A stretch of DNA of 64,000 bases from Octopus vulgaris. Its lineage: Eukaryota. The stretch is taken from positions 137,330,001 through 137,394,000 of the forward strand of contig OX597815.1 in assembly GCA_951406725.2 (NCBI GenBank), written 5' to 3'. A program made the translations under genes and the position numbers. The notes under the pieces are model-generated. The model saw only the letters and a list, made by a program, of their open reading frames with translations. It was not told where the DNA came from and searched no databases. This document shows positions 29,743-44,643 of this stretch, in pieces (position 1 is the first letter of the stretch; each line of letters opens with the position of its first letter).

Positions 29743-30296
29743 GCCCTGATGCAGTACCAGGCAGTGGCTCTCTTGGCTTCTGACCTTAACTGATTGGAAG
29801 TGTTATCATGTACATTGTTTTGTCTTGGTATAAAAGATGGGCTGCAGCAAATATTCTGCTCAATACCACAGATTTGCTTGTCAGTTATTTGACCTTAACC
29901 AGTTGAGCATGCCCCTTAGTGGCTGACGATATGTGCATCTCTGATCACGAGCAGAAGTAGTTGGGGAGCATCAGAGCCATGTGTTGAGAGGGATTCTTTG
30001 GGGTTTGAATAATTCACCTCTGGAAACATGGGTGGTTCTTTCGACATCCTTAAACAATCCTTATTCAGGGACCTTTTGAGCGGGATGGGCTACTCAACCT
30101 GAAGAAAATTCTAACTGGGCCCCACCTGCAAGGTCATGTGCTGTTTATCTTGATATGAGATCACCATGTCGCGCACATATGGTTGTAATGCATGTGCCTG
30201 GTGTACCTTTATCAGACGGGTAGTCATGATGGGTATACTGGGCTTCGTATATTTTACCCCAGTGTCACTTTGATGGCATGAACTGCTCTCTCACTC

Positions 30297-30297
<1 letters not shown>
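29741..30297 (+). mobile_element. ~555-bp non-coding element bounded by (AAT)n, copy 1
   Basis: Collinear with 30493-31042. Ends 'ctctctcactc' plus (AAT)n; no meaningful ORF. Confidence 0.8.
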
Positions 30298-30337
<40 letters not shown>

Positions 30338-30417
30338 TGATAATAATAATGATGATGATGATGATGATGATGACGATGACGATGATGATGATGATGATGA
30401 TGACGATGATGATGATG

Positions 30418-30492
<75 letters not shown>

Positions 30493-30495
<3 letters not shown>

Positions 30496-31041
30496 CAGTA
30501 CCAGGCAGTGGCTCTCGTGGCTCCTGATTTTATCTGATTGGAAGTGTCATCATGTACAATGTCCAGTCTTAGTATAAAAGATGGACTATAGCAAATATTC
30601 TGCTCAATACCACAGATTTACTTGTCAGTTGTTTGACCTTAACCAGTTGAGCATGTCTCTTAGTGGCTGACGATATGTACATCTCTGATCACGAGCAGAA
30701 GTAGTGGTGCAGCATCATAGCCACTTGTTGAGAGGGATTCTTTGGGGTTTGAATAATTCACCTCTGGAAACATGGGTGTTTCGTTCAACATCCTTAAACA
30801 ACCCCAATTCAAGGACCTTTTGAGCGGAATGGGTTACTGGACCAGAAGAAAATTCTAACTGGGCCCCACCTGCAAGTTCATGCGCTGTTTATCTTGATAT
30901 GAGATCACCATGTTGCGCACATATGGTTGTGATGCATGTGCCTAGTGTACACTTATCAGACGGGTAGTTATGATGGGTATACTGGGCTTCGTATATTTTT
31001 ACTCCGGTGTCACTTTGATGGCATGCACTGCTCTCTCACTC

Positions 31042-31042
<1 letters not shown>
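30493..31042 (+). mobile_element. Same non-coding element, copy 2 (slightly 5'-truncated)
   Basis: Collinear with copy 1 with scattered substitutions; (AAT)n on both sides. Confidence 0.8.
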
Positions 31043-31120
<78 letters not shown>

Positions 31121-31121
<1 letters not shown>

Positions 31122-32399
31122 GGGAGGCCGTGGTCTTTTGCAACTGGCAATAACAATGAAGATTGCTACAATTGGCCTAGACACCTACCTGAAAAACTCT
31201 GAGGACTGGATGTTAAAACTTGTCTCAAAACATGAAAACAAGAAAGCATCATACTCAGTCACAAAACAGGCAAAGGAATATCTAAGTGAATTCCGAATAC
31301 AACCAATTTCGGAATTAGAGATAGACATACAAGAAATAAGCACAGAAAAAGCTAGGCGCATGAAAACCCGTGCCAAAACTGAGGCCTTAGATATTCTGAA
31401 TAATAAATGGCAAGAAAAACCTCTCTATGGCAAATACCCAAAGAGAGCGAATAATGCAGATATCGACAAAGCCCTGACCCATCAATGGCTAATGGCCTCT
31501 GGCTTAAAATCTGAAACAGAGGGGTTTATCATAGCAGCTCAAGATCAATGCCTACCAACAAGAAACTACCAGGCCAACATATTAAAGATCAGAAGCAGTC
31601 CAACGTGTCGTGTATGCAAGCAACAAAATGAAACCATTGACCATGTGGTCTCCAAGTGCAGTCTTCTAGCGCCTACAGAGTATCTCAACAGGCACGATAG
31701 AGCTGCACAATATATTCACTGGGTAATCTGTAAAAACCTGGATTTTCCCCATGAAAAAAACTGGTGGGAACACAAACCACCCCCAGTGCTTGAAAATGAC
31801 CACATCTCACTCCTCTGGAACTTCACCATTCAAACTGACAGGAAGATAGATGCAAATAGGCCAGACATCATATTGAAAGACTTCAAACAAAGAACATGCC
31901 TCCTCATTGATATGACTGTCCTAATCGATATAAACGTATCTGTCAGGACCTACCAAAAACTGAGCAAATATAAAGATCTTGAAATAGAAATCAGCAAAAT
32001 GTGGAAGCTGAAGACTAAAACAATACCTGTTGTCATAGGTGCCCTGGGAATGATAGCAAAAGGGGCTGATAGCTACCTAACTCAGATACCAGGAAACCCA
32101 AAAATGGTAGAAGTTCAAAAGATTGTGCTCATGGGAACTGCTCATATCCTACGCAAAATACTCTCTATGTAACCTCAAGGTTTAAAACAACCATAATTTT
32201 CGGTTTAAAAAAAAAAAAAATTTTTTTTAAAAAAACTTTTTTTTTTTTTTAGACATTCATTAGTACAACATCCCCACCCCCCAAATATATGGCACACTAG
32301 GCATAACAACAACATGAACTTCCAACCCTGTTGTCTCTTGAGGTCTCTGGGTGAGACTTGGAGCCAACTTGTACAAATATAAAGCAAAAGTCAAACATA

Positions 32400-32402
<3 letters not shown>
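31121..32402 (+). mobile_element. Young 5'-truncated R4/Dong LINE; open ~350-codon C-terminal ORF (to 32172) plus 3' UTR
   Basis: KGGRGLLQL, IIAAQDQCL, CCHC CRVC..HVVSKC, RHD, RLE RPDI..LIDMTV..KLSKY. (AAT)n on both sides. Confidence 0.92.
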
Positions 32403-32480
<78 letters not shown>

Positions 32481-32494
32481 CAGTAGTAGTAATC

Positions 32495-33620
32495 CCTTAA
32501 AATTTGAAATAGGAAGAAATTCAAGCTTGCAAACAGTAATGGTCGTGCCTAAAATAAATGGTGTGTTGGGAGCTGTAAGGAAACCATTGACAAATCACTG
32601 AAGAAGATTGAATTAGAATGCTCGATAGATCTACAGAAAATTTGTTTCTTAAGGACAGCAAGCATTATCAGGAGGGTTCTATGCACTTCAAAGACTGCTG
32701 AAAACTTGTGGATGTCTGAGATTACAAGTAGTAACCTGCTACCCTCCTAAATACTATGAGGAATTAGACCGATCCTGAGTCAAACGAAAATAATAATAAT
32801 TGCTTATCTCCGTTCTTTTTTGTTCTCTGTATGATCCCTCTGACCTTGGTATTTCGGAAAATGAACCTGAGATATCAACTAAACGTAAAATGTCAAATAA
32901 TCAACTACATTCCTTTTCATGGATAATCTGAAGCTGTATGCTAAAGATAAAGCACAAGTGAGTCCTTTGGTGAACACGGTCCACAGTTTTAGTGCTGATA
33001 TTAGAATGGAATTCGGACACAAATAGTGTGATATGAAGTACCTAAAAAGAGGTAAGGTACAGTCCCTAGCAAGGTTAGTACTATCTAATAGAGACCTAAT
33101 TAAACAAATTGAAAAGAAGGCTTCTAATAACTTGGCATACTCGAGTTCAACGAGATAATGGAGAAGTAAATGAAAGAGCAACTGATGATGGAATATTTCC
33201 GAAGACCAAGATCGGTATTGTGCCCAAAATTGACCGGATGGAATAAAATCCAAGTAGTTAATACATGAGCGCTAGCATCAGTTCGGTATGGAGTTGGAAT
33301 CATAAAATGGCAAAAGAAAGAACTGATAAATATGGATACGAAGACAATCAGTTCTATGTAGCCACAACCGAAGTTGCTGTAAAGCATAGGTGAGACAGGT
33401 TGAAGAATGGAACAATAAAAACAGTGACCGAGAGCACAATACTGACAGCGCAAGATCAAGTTTTAGCCACAAATTGGAGTCAACCTTAAGAATGAGCAAG
33501 TGTCTCTAATTACTGAATCTATAATAGATTTGATGAAGCCATTACCCATATCGTGAACGATTGCCTCCGATTTACTCGAAACAAATATAAGTTGTGAGGA
33601 AAAATGATGAGGTAGCGAAA
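32495..33620 (+). pseudogene. Old Dong-like fragments (RLE 3' end, then RT pieces)
   Basis: LSPFFFVLCMIPL, FMDNLKLYAKD, SVRYGVGIIKW, ILTAQDQVL remnants. Confidence 0.7.
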
Positions 33621-35053
33621 GTGCTACATTTGAAATTTTTCACATATGGTAGCTATAGCTATCAGATTAGTCTTGTTCGTTCTTATTTTGTGAGTCCCAG
33701 CTTTTCAGGATTGATATTGCAGCTAATAACCAAGTTCCACAATAATTATAAATGTATTCAATATTCAGAAGTAGTGTATATATTTAAAACACAAAACGAT
33801 GACTTACACAAGGCTTGTCTCATTTTCTTCTTTATCCTAAATGTCAAAGTGAGACCTTACAACCACAGAGTGTTGTGTATTATCGCAAAATGCGTCTTTG
33901 CTACATCATAGTGAGAAGAACGATTTCAAAGCAAAATCATCAGAAAAAGAATATAGGAAATAAAAAATTACAACATCGATTACATCGTGTTTTATGGAAA
34001 ATCTATTGCCATGACATTCAGCCACTGCAAATAATGGAATGTTTTTTTATTACTTGGTAAACATAGTTTTCCAGCTGGGGCAGCCATTGACAAACTACCC
34101 CAATATCCTTGCCAAGAAAGCACAACGCGAAAGTCAGAACTAAGTAACGCTTGGCTTCATCAGATGGAATAATTCGCGCTCGGATATAATCAAGGCGCTG
34201 CAAAAAGCGTACGATACTTGATGACAATGAAACATAGGAATGCATCTTATCAATCTTAATTTCCCTCTTTTGAGTAAAACTTCTCATTTCCTGTCTTTAT
34301 ATATTCTGAAGTGTTCTGTCTTTCAATTTATTCCTATGAAAGGAAAAAGTTAACCGTAATCCGCTCCAAAATCATTACAATCTGTGATGTATTTCAATTT
34401 TAAACTCTTATAATTTTAAGATCCTTATAATAAACAAGAAGGAAAAAGGAAATATTAGATATTCTATAGTCTTTACTCTTGATTTAAAATTCAATTTCGT
34501 CATCCCGAATTAACTAGATATTTTTTTTTTTAAATTACTCTGCTTACTGATATTATGCAGTTAAAAACACAAAGTACAACTTTTACAAATAACATATATA
34601 TATGTATATGTGTATATGTATATACACACATACATATATATATATGATAATAATGATAATAATAACAATAATGTATAACATCACTCTAGTAAATATATTT
34701 GTTTAAGTATAAATTTCCTCGGTTTTTATTCTGTTTTTTTTTTACTATTTATTATATTATTATTACCATGTGTTTTTTTATGAATTGGGTCGCAGCATTG
34801 TTTAAGGCGGTGCTCCAGCATGGCCGCAGTCAAAATGACTGAAACAAGTAAACGCGTAAACGAGTTACGATAGCCAGGGGTAAACCATGTATGAAATTCT
34901 TTTGTCTTATATCAAACTATATAAACTATATCAAACTATAGTAAACTAGATATACTGTATTTCACACTGAAATCGCTATTCTCACTTTGAAATGACATAT
35001 ACTAATTCAAAATTACAAACTTTAGTCTTGGAAGTGGCATCAGTTTTTTTAAC

Positions 35054-35119
<66 letters not shown>

Positions 35120-35786
35120 CGTGCGCGCATGCGTGTGTGCGTGTGTGTCTTCTCGTTTATGCTCACACATACATACGCATAGAGACACTTTTACATATAA
35201 CTGTTATATAAATAGACGTGTGACACAGTTGTTTGTAACTTTGGTAACCAATCATCTCGATGCCAAATCTTTTTAGGATATATTACAAATATATTTACTT
35301 GTATATGTCGCGTTGTCTCTCTTTTTCCATCGTTTAAATAACCGGCAGCGTGAAGCTACAACAGTTCAATTAATCTACTAAAAAAATTGTATACATATAT
35401 ATAAATTTGTGTGTGTGTGCCTAGAAGGATAGGCAGATAGATTGCTACCTGGCTAAATAGACAGGCAGACAAAGGTTATTTAGCATATATATTATGTTAA
35501 ACATTTTAAGCATTAACTTGTACTCAAGAGGACAACCAATAGATACGTTGTTTGTGTGGCTTCGTGTGTTTGGGAAGAGGTCAAGCAACTTTAGGTAGTA
35601 GGTATTTAATCAATTACATCAAATTCACTATTTGACTAACACTTGCCTACGTATATATATATATTATATATATCATGGCTGCCGAATAATTGTCACATAT
35701 TACATTTACAGAATAATTCCTCTATTTACATAATATCGAGGTCTCTTTCTTTCTTTTGTTGTCTTACCATTTTTATCAACATATAT

Positions 35787-36262
<476 letters not shown>

Positions 36263-36283
36263 ATAAATGATAGGTATTTACAT

Positions 36284-36323
<40 letters not shown>

Positions 36324-37289
36324 GACACTCTGCGCGTGTGATATGAGTGTCTGTACATATATATGCACACGCAAACACACACACATACGCATAGTCATCA
36401 TAGTGTGTTGGTGTATTTATAAGAGTTTTCAATTACTAATTAACTTTATGAACTAAGTAAAGAAAACCCGATACTTTTGTCAGAGTTGTTTCTATTTATA
36501 ACGTCTAGCTTCATAGTATCTAATCCTTTAATAATTCCATACTCGAAAGTAATTTTCAAGCGTATGATAGAAAATACTCCAGTCCAATATGAGGAGACGG
36601 CGCTAATGAGATATGAATGTGTGTGTGTGTGTGTGTGTTTGGGTGCGTGCGTATGTGTGTGTGTGTGTTAAATATTTCAACATTTCTGTACAAATTGGGC
36701 AATGTTATACCTTTCAGATCTTCAGAGAAACTTTACATTATAACACGCACATATCCACACAAACGCATACGCACAAGCCCACATACTCATGCACATTCAC
36801 ACATACGCACAGACACACACACATATACACACATACACTCACATTTCCACACACGCACATGCATACACACACACATATATATATTTTGAAGTAGGTCCAT
36901 TTCCAACAGAAACTGATGGAAACCTGCTACGCCAACATGTAATCCTGTATCAACAGCTCCTAGCTGACTGACTGACTCACAACTCTTACCTAGCTGTATA
37001 GAACAAATAGAGCCCGTCAAAACCTGATGAGTCCGTTAAATACCAACTTTACCAATATCCTGGTCGAATGTTGGGTAATGCCAGGATTATCAATTCCCAT
37101 GAAACACTTAACTCCCGTTATTTTTAATTTGAAAATATTAAGAGCCCCAATGTTTATGCTACACCAGTTTTTCATATTTAATTCTATATATACGTGTGTA
37201 TTCACATATATACGTACGTGTGTTTTCATACACATGCGCGAATGCAGACACAAATCTTGAATTGTGTCTGACGAATCATACACAGATGG

Positions 37290-38040
37290 TCAATATGTTA
37301 CAGAGCATATGTTTTACTGAAGCTGAATATTTATCTCGCAGCTCTACTTTCAAGCCTCTGCGATCTTCAGGCGATAACAGTTACAACTCCGTTACTTCAG
37401 TGAGTGAGGTTTCTTGTGCATATCTCTTTAGTGATTTTATTTTTGGTGCGTATTGATTGACTGCTATTTTTGTACCTTTTCACTGATTACTTTTGTTTGT
37501 TGGGTTTGATTGCCGCTTGTACTTTGCGTTGTAATTTTACTTTTATTGGATTTTCATTTCCTGATCTTGTTTGTTCATCTAATTAAAGCTGTTTGTTTGT
37601 TTTTTATTAGATTTGTTTTGTTGACTTTGATCTTGTTTTTGTTGAAAGTAGGGAGTGCTAAAAACTTGTCTGTTTGTGAGTGCATTTTATCGCTAGTGGA
37701 ATATTTTTAGGTTTTTTATTTGATGTTTCATCTATTCGTATTATTATTGTCTGATTTTCCCTCTTGAATTATCTGTTAAACAAAAAATATATGCATTAAT
37801 ACAGATACTAAATTGTATTTAAACAACAACTGTAAATGTACCACCAAACAGTGGTATATTTGCATTTGTTGTCGAAATATAATTTAGCCTCTCTATAAGC
37901 ATTTATGTCTTTATTTTAATAGATAAGTTACAAATAGTGTTACAACAATTATTACATCAATAACTGTTGGCGTCTGAAGATCGCAGTGATGCAAATGACA
38001 AATCTCGAGATAAGCATTTAGTTTCAATAAACTCTGTATT
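37290..38040. repeat. Inverted pair of ~85-bp repeats, each with a CUGAAGA hammerhead-like remnant
   Basis: rc(37300-37383) taactgttatcgcctgaagatcgcag..ctgcgagataa resembles 37961-38037 taactgttggcgtctgaagatcgcag..ctcgagataa. Confidence 0.55.
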
Positions 38041-38129
38041 TATGCGTGTGCATGTGATGTGTATGCGCTTCAGTGTGTTTATAAAAGACTAAGTTTCAAT
38101 AAAAATTATATAAAGCCTTTTAAGCATCA

Positions 38130-39340
38130 ATTCGTATCAAAAGCACAACAAGCGCTATGTAATACAACATATAATATACACGTTTATGTCCTTTCGTTGT
38201 GGTTTTAAGAGAAGGTAAGCCATTTGGCGAATGAGATTCTCGATTTCACTATTGACTGCCACTTATACATGGGACCTCACAAATTGAAATTCAAAGATGG
38301 TCGGAGGTGAATGAGAACAACAATATCTAAAGTTAGCCCATGACCATAGTTGGAATATTCGGCATGGATGGAAAGTGTCATAAGCTAGTTCATTGTCTCC
38401 ATTTCAGTTTCCATAAGATTTTTGCTTAGTCATTTTCGATAACTTTCATTAGTCTTGGATCATATCACTTTTCTCATTGTCCAAGTATATTTTACATGGT
38501 TGTTAATATATAAATGATGCAATTCCGTAATTTTTGCAAACTTCCTGTTGTTTCTGCGTCAGGTTCTTACATGTACTCTGACAATATGTAGACTATAATC
38601 TCTTCTTTCTCACTGCATATTCGATAAAATGGTGATACATTGTCTTTATCTATGCTTTCTGATTGTTCGTATCCTTATAGCTATGTCTTGCGCTGCCATT
38701 GTAGCGCCTTCTGTAACTTACTCTAGAGACTATTTCCTTAACTGACCCATGTATTTGCAGGCAATGTTTCTCAAGAAAATTCTATATAATTCCACTTGTT
38801 CAGTTTTCTTTTCTTTAGTTTTCTTTTGTCGTAGACCTCTGTATTTTTTGTTTGCTTTTACTTTCTAACACAAATCTACACTTATCAAATCTCTTCCACC
38901 ATCATTGCGTTCTATATAAGTCGATCAAAACCACCTTTTTGTGGAACATATTGAAACCGTCATCAGTTTTCTAGTTTCCCTCTCAATATCCTGTAATTCT
39001 TGAATGTTCCAGTTAATGACGCATTTGTATGATAGAGGCGGTACACGAGTTGATAGCTGTGATGGCATTTTTAGTGTATTGGATATAGATGCATTGTTGG
39101 TCCTTCATACATAATCATTTTTGTGTGTTCTTCATTTACTGCTATCTTTTGTCTTTTATCCTTTATGCTACCAGCTTGAAAAGTCCTGAATATGTCCAAT
39201 TTCCTTGTCCCTTTACTTTATACCCTCAACTGTAGGCAAGTCAATTCCTCTAATCTCAAACAATTTGTTTCTCTTCTTGTTTTTGGAGCGTGTCTAGTAG
39301 TTCTGTTTATCATCGTCATCGTTGTCCACAATCGTCAGCG
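38130..39340 (-). pseudogene. Heavily decayed Dong-like LINE
   Basis: RNDGGRDL remnant, YKSKGQGNWTYSGL, and an RLE-like region; many stops. Confidence 0.6.
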
Positions 39341-39400
39341 TTGTCATCATTATCAACGACATGAACAGCAGCAGCAGTATCATCATCATCGTCATTGTGA

Positions 39401-39458
<58 letters not shown>

Positions 39459-39795
39459 AATGATGATGAGATTAACGACCAGGGAAATTGAAGTACATTA
39501 AGAAAACAAACATCGACATCAGTACAATAACAGTATTTAATTATAAAACAGAGACGTAGCACCAATCAACAACAGAACAACGACACATGATATTCGTATG
39601 ATAATGATGAAAGCAATATTCGTATTAGCGACGATGGTGATGGCTGTGTTAATGTACATATATATGTGTTGCCGTACATTTCCTCATATGTAGAAATACA
39701 TGAAAGATTCATATGAAGATATTTCTAGTATATTAGGTGTGTCAACATAATCACAGACAAACACGCATAAACACACATACCGAATATATATGCAT

Positions 39796-39887
<92 letters not shown>

Positions 39888-39909
39888 GATAGATGGATGG
39901 ATGGGTGGT

Positions 39910-39987
<78 letters not shown>

Positions 39988-40089
39988 TAGATGTGTGTGC
40001 GCGCATGCAGGCACACATGCACACAGACACGGGCGCGATACTAACACGATACAAATAGGAACACTCATATACATACATACATACATACA

Positions 40090-40123
<34 letters not shown>

Positions 40124-40588
40124 CATACATACATACATACATACATACATACATACATACATACATACATACATACATACATACATACATGCATACATAC
40201 ATACATGTATAAGTTCAGGATTCAAGTGAAACAGGTAATTAAATTGTAAAGCACCCGAAACGGAAATCGTGTTTTACACCGAAATCAGAGGAAAAAGTCC
40301 ATACATACCTACCGAAGTACAAACAGATTATTATTCCAGTTGTATATACAATCAACCAACCCAACTGAGTATATTGTGAGTCTTAGGGCAGTATTTAGAA
40401 ACACACATTGCACCACTCGTACTGCACTTAATGGACTCTGTATCCACGCTAGTTGCAGTTTCAGGATAAGGTGAACAATAAATAAATAACAGATAGATAA
40501 TAGTTCATTCACTACAGTTGTTCCAATAAAAAAACTCGTTGGAAACAGCTGTAGTGAATGAACCATTATCCATCTGTTGATATTTATT

Positions 40589-40671
<83 letters not shown>

Positions 40672-40673
<2 letters not shown>

Positions 40674-40777
40674 TGACCTGCTCGCTTAGACAGCGGGGTG
40701 GCGTCAATTCAAGGATAAAACAATGCGAAGCACATTGTGACCAGCGATGTGTAGCAACATCTGATAGCCTGGTCGGA
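40672..40777 (+). mobile_element. 3' fragment of the SINE family seen at 46523-46812
   Basis: cattgtgaccagcgatgtgta..acatctgat shared. Confidence 0.75.
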
Positions 40778-41004
40778 AACAGAAAAGAAAAAGATATATA
40801 TATATACACATGCATATATATATGTATAAATATATATATATATATAAATATATATATATATACATGCATATATATATGTATAAATTTATATATATGCATA
40901 TATATATATATATACATGCATATATATATGTATAAATTTATATATATGCATATATATATATATATATATACACACACATATATACATATACATACATATA
41001 TATG

Positions 41005-41059
<55 letters not shown>

Positions 41060-41155
41060 TTAATAAGGGTGAGAGAATTAGATACTAATTTAATAGTATA
41101 TCTATTCCACACCAAGTGGCCTAGTGCTACGAGAAACCTGGATTATTATAATATT

Positions 41156-41215
<60 letters not shown>

Positions 41216-42289
41216 GAATGTATATATGCGTGTGTGTGTTTAGTGCGTGTCTGTGTGAGTGTGTATGAAAGCACGTGTATAAAAGTAAGTGTTTGGGAGT
41301 ATCATATGCATATAAGTATGTATAAATGGATGAATAGATGGCTGAATATATGTATCTTCCGAAATTGCAATGATGTGAGACTCAAGTCAAGGGAATACAA
41401 GTTTCAGTTTAAATAATACACGCTGTAACATGTATTGAATATATTATATCACACACATACACACACATACACACGTACACACACACACTCACACACACAC
41501 ACACACAATAATGAAATCAAACCAAATAGTGATATATTTTGAAATCATTTAATACGTACGTCTCAGCTTTGCGAAATATATAATAGGAAATGCATCCATT
41601 ACATAAACCTTACGTAAATTGATAGAAATATTTCAATATATATGGTTAGAGCAGTAAGTCGGCAACTAAGTTAGGAAGATAGATATGTATATTGAGGTTG
41701 GTAGAGAGGAATATGAGGTGAGAAAGAGAGACGGAGAGAAAGGGAATAGGAGAGAAAAATGAAGAGGAAGTCATTTACTCACAACGTAATACGTGTGTGT
41801 TTGTGTATCTGTATGTGCGTGTGTATGTAGATGTTTGTATATATTGTATATATACGTCTGTGTGGATATATTGTATGTATGTAAATATGTATGTGTGTGT
41901 GTGTGTGTAGTTGTCTATATATATTGTATGTATACGTGTATGTGGGTATATTGTACGTACGTATATATTTATGTGTGTGTGTGTGTGTGTGTGTGCGTGT
42001 GTACGCATTCATGGATATATTATATAGAAAGAGAGTTGGAGACAGAAAAAAAGGACAAAAAAAGTGGTAAATCGGTTTATAAAATATGTAATTGCATTAC
42101 TTTACATATAGTTAACATATTCTTGTACACTGGGATATGGAAAACATACGCTGCAGAAATTGACTCCAGAGAAAAAATTCTACTCATAGACAATATGAAC
42201 GAAAAGCAGAGTGAGGCCATGAATGGCGTCATCAGACGCTAGGTTACATGCGTTTCTATAATGGTGCTGATCGTCAGATTCATCGTACA

Positions 42290-42673
42290 TAGGCACTATC
42301 ATTCTCCTTGTCCGGTCTTTTACTGTTTATATTTTGTATTGTTTTTACTGTCCTGTTTTTGTTACCATTTTTACCCCTCCGCAAAAAAATCTCAAATTTT
42401 ATTTAATTTGCTTTTGCGGGAAGGATTGTTTCAATGAAGTCGTGTCTCGCCTTTACCTTCGAAAGGCGGAGTAGATGAAACAGAGGCGGCTGAAGAAGGG
42501 GAATGTTCCTTGTGTTGTATGTCTTGTACTCTACTTTTTCGTTGTCTAAGAAAAATGTCCATTTCCTTGGTTTTGTGTTTATGTTTTCGTTTCTCATTGT
42601 GTTTGAGGTTTTTTTAGTATCCTGTACGTACATATATGTATGTATATATGCATATGTTTTATTTATTATTTTG

Positions 42674-42741
<68 letters not shown>

Positions 42742-42861
42742 TGACAGTCAGACATTCAAGGAAACCGAACGAAAACAAACATGGAGGGTCGTTAGACAAG
42801 ACCGAGAGGAAAATAGTGAACGCTAAGAGAAACATTTTTTTTTTGAAAGGAGAAAAGATAG

Positions 42862-42909
<48 letters not shown>

Positions 42910-42971
42910 CGTCCGTTCTTATGAACTCCCGTGCAAGAAAAAGAATCACGTGAAGAAAAGATGCATGTATA

Positions 42972-43003
<32 letters not shown>

Positions 43004-43320
43004 CACGTGGAAATGGATGCGTGGCGTTCAAGTCTAACGACCCTTCATGTTTGTTTTCGTTCGGTTTCCTTGTATGTCTCCACTGTCCTGTTTTTGTTCC
43101 CAACTTTGACTTGCGCCATAAATCCTAAATTTTATTTTAGAATTGATGGGAACAACTGTCTTTGAAGTCTCAAATTGTCGTTGAATGCTCGAAATGAGGA
43201 GTAAATAGACAACTGTTGGAGGGTCCTTTCTCTGCGATTACTTATCCTATTTTTACGTATTTCATGTTGTTTGCACAGTTGGTGACGTCCTGTACCCATA
43301 AATGCATATATTTATTATAT
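42290..43320. repeat. Cluster of TA-tailed T-rich repeat copies in alternating orientation
   Basis: ~57-bp inverted match 42743-42797/43031-43087; similarity to the 10600 and 45005 copies. Confidence 0.6.
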
Positions 43321-43693
43321 ATGTGTGTGTGTGTGTGTAATATATATTATTTATTATTTTACCTGAACGCGACGCCTACATTTCCAAGTAAGTTTATCTA
43401 CATACACACACACACACCCTCATGAGGGTCGAATATCTTAATGCATATTAATCGCCCCACCACTCTCTTTTTCTTGCTCACTCTTCTCAATCACACACCG
43501 CAGTTTTTTATCCACTTAGGCATGACCTTGATGAGGCCTTCCGACGTTATTCCCTTGTGTTGAATACAACGGCTTGGGAATTCCAAAGAAGACAGCTGGT
43601 CAACTTCTGATACTCTCAGCCGTCTAAACGACTCAAGCCAATCTCTTCCCTCTCTCTCTCTCTCTCTCTCATACACATACGCGCACGCGTGCA

Positions 43694-43724
<31 letters not shown>

Positions 43725-43973
43725 GTATGCACACACATACTGTCTCTCTTTCTATATATATATATATATATCTATTTCCCTCTCTCACTTCGTCAAACTT
43801 TTTATCTCCGCATCAAAGATTTCACTTACCTTCCCACAATTACGTTCCCAATGATCAAACCAATCAACATCATCCCAAAGAGAAGGCGTGCCTCAGAGTA
43901 GCCGGTCAATTGCCCTGCCATTGGTACAAAATATATATATATGTGTGTATGTGTGTGTGTGTATGTATGTATG

Positions 43974-44064
<91 letters not shown>

Positions 44065-44116
44065 ACACACACACATTAAAAATTAATATAAGCAGCTAGG
44101 CGCAGTATAAGACCAT

Positions 44117-44217
44117 TAGGGAAAAATTTTATTGTTACAATTTGTAACTACCAGTGGTGAATAGCACTTATATTGCAAGAAATAGGAGTTAAAATTCTTA
44201 ATGTTGCAAGAAGCGCA

Positions 44218-44273
<56 letters not shown>

Positions 44274-44439
44274 TGTGCTCCTAGCTTCACTCATGAGACG
44301 GTTATCTCCCATATCATTGTATATATATTGTGCGCTTAATGCAGCACTAAGATTTTAACTCTTATTTCTTGCAATATAGGTGCTATTCACTACCCTCAAT
44401 TACCACCCTCAATTGCAATCAGTGACGATTAAACTTTTC

Positions 44440-44442
<3 letters not shown>
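44117..44442. mobile_element. Foldback/MITE with central (TA)n
   Basis: gtgaatagcacttatattgcaagaaata..gcgcac is inverted as gtgcgc..tatttcttgcaatataggtgctattcac. Confidence 0.8.
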
Positions 44443-44473
<31 letters not shown>

Positions 44474-44476
44474 GTA

Positions 44477-44526
<50 letters not shown>

Positions 44527-44530
<4 letters not shown>

Positions 44531-44590
44531 GTAGTTGTTAAGAGCACGGGGTACTAACCCTAAGATTCCGAGTTCGATTCCAGGCAGTGA

Positions 44591-44643
<53 letters not shown>

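Noticed and set aside
30970-31120. N-terminus of the 400-aa ORF as signal peptide plus poly-Asn
   Set aside because: Chance read-through from the non-coding element across (AAT)n into a truncated LINE.
34018-34290. 89-aa minus-strand ORF as a host exon
   Set aside because: Weak splice signals, no recognisable motif, no phase-compatible neighbours.
44527-44592. tRNA genes here and at other SINE heads
   Set aside because: No complete cloverleaf; these are tRNA-derived repeat heads.
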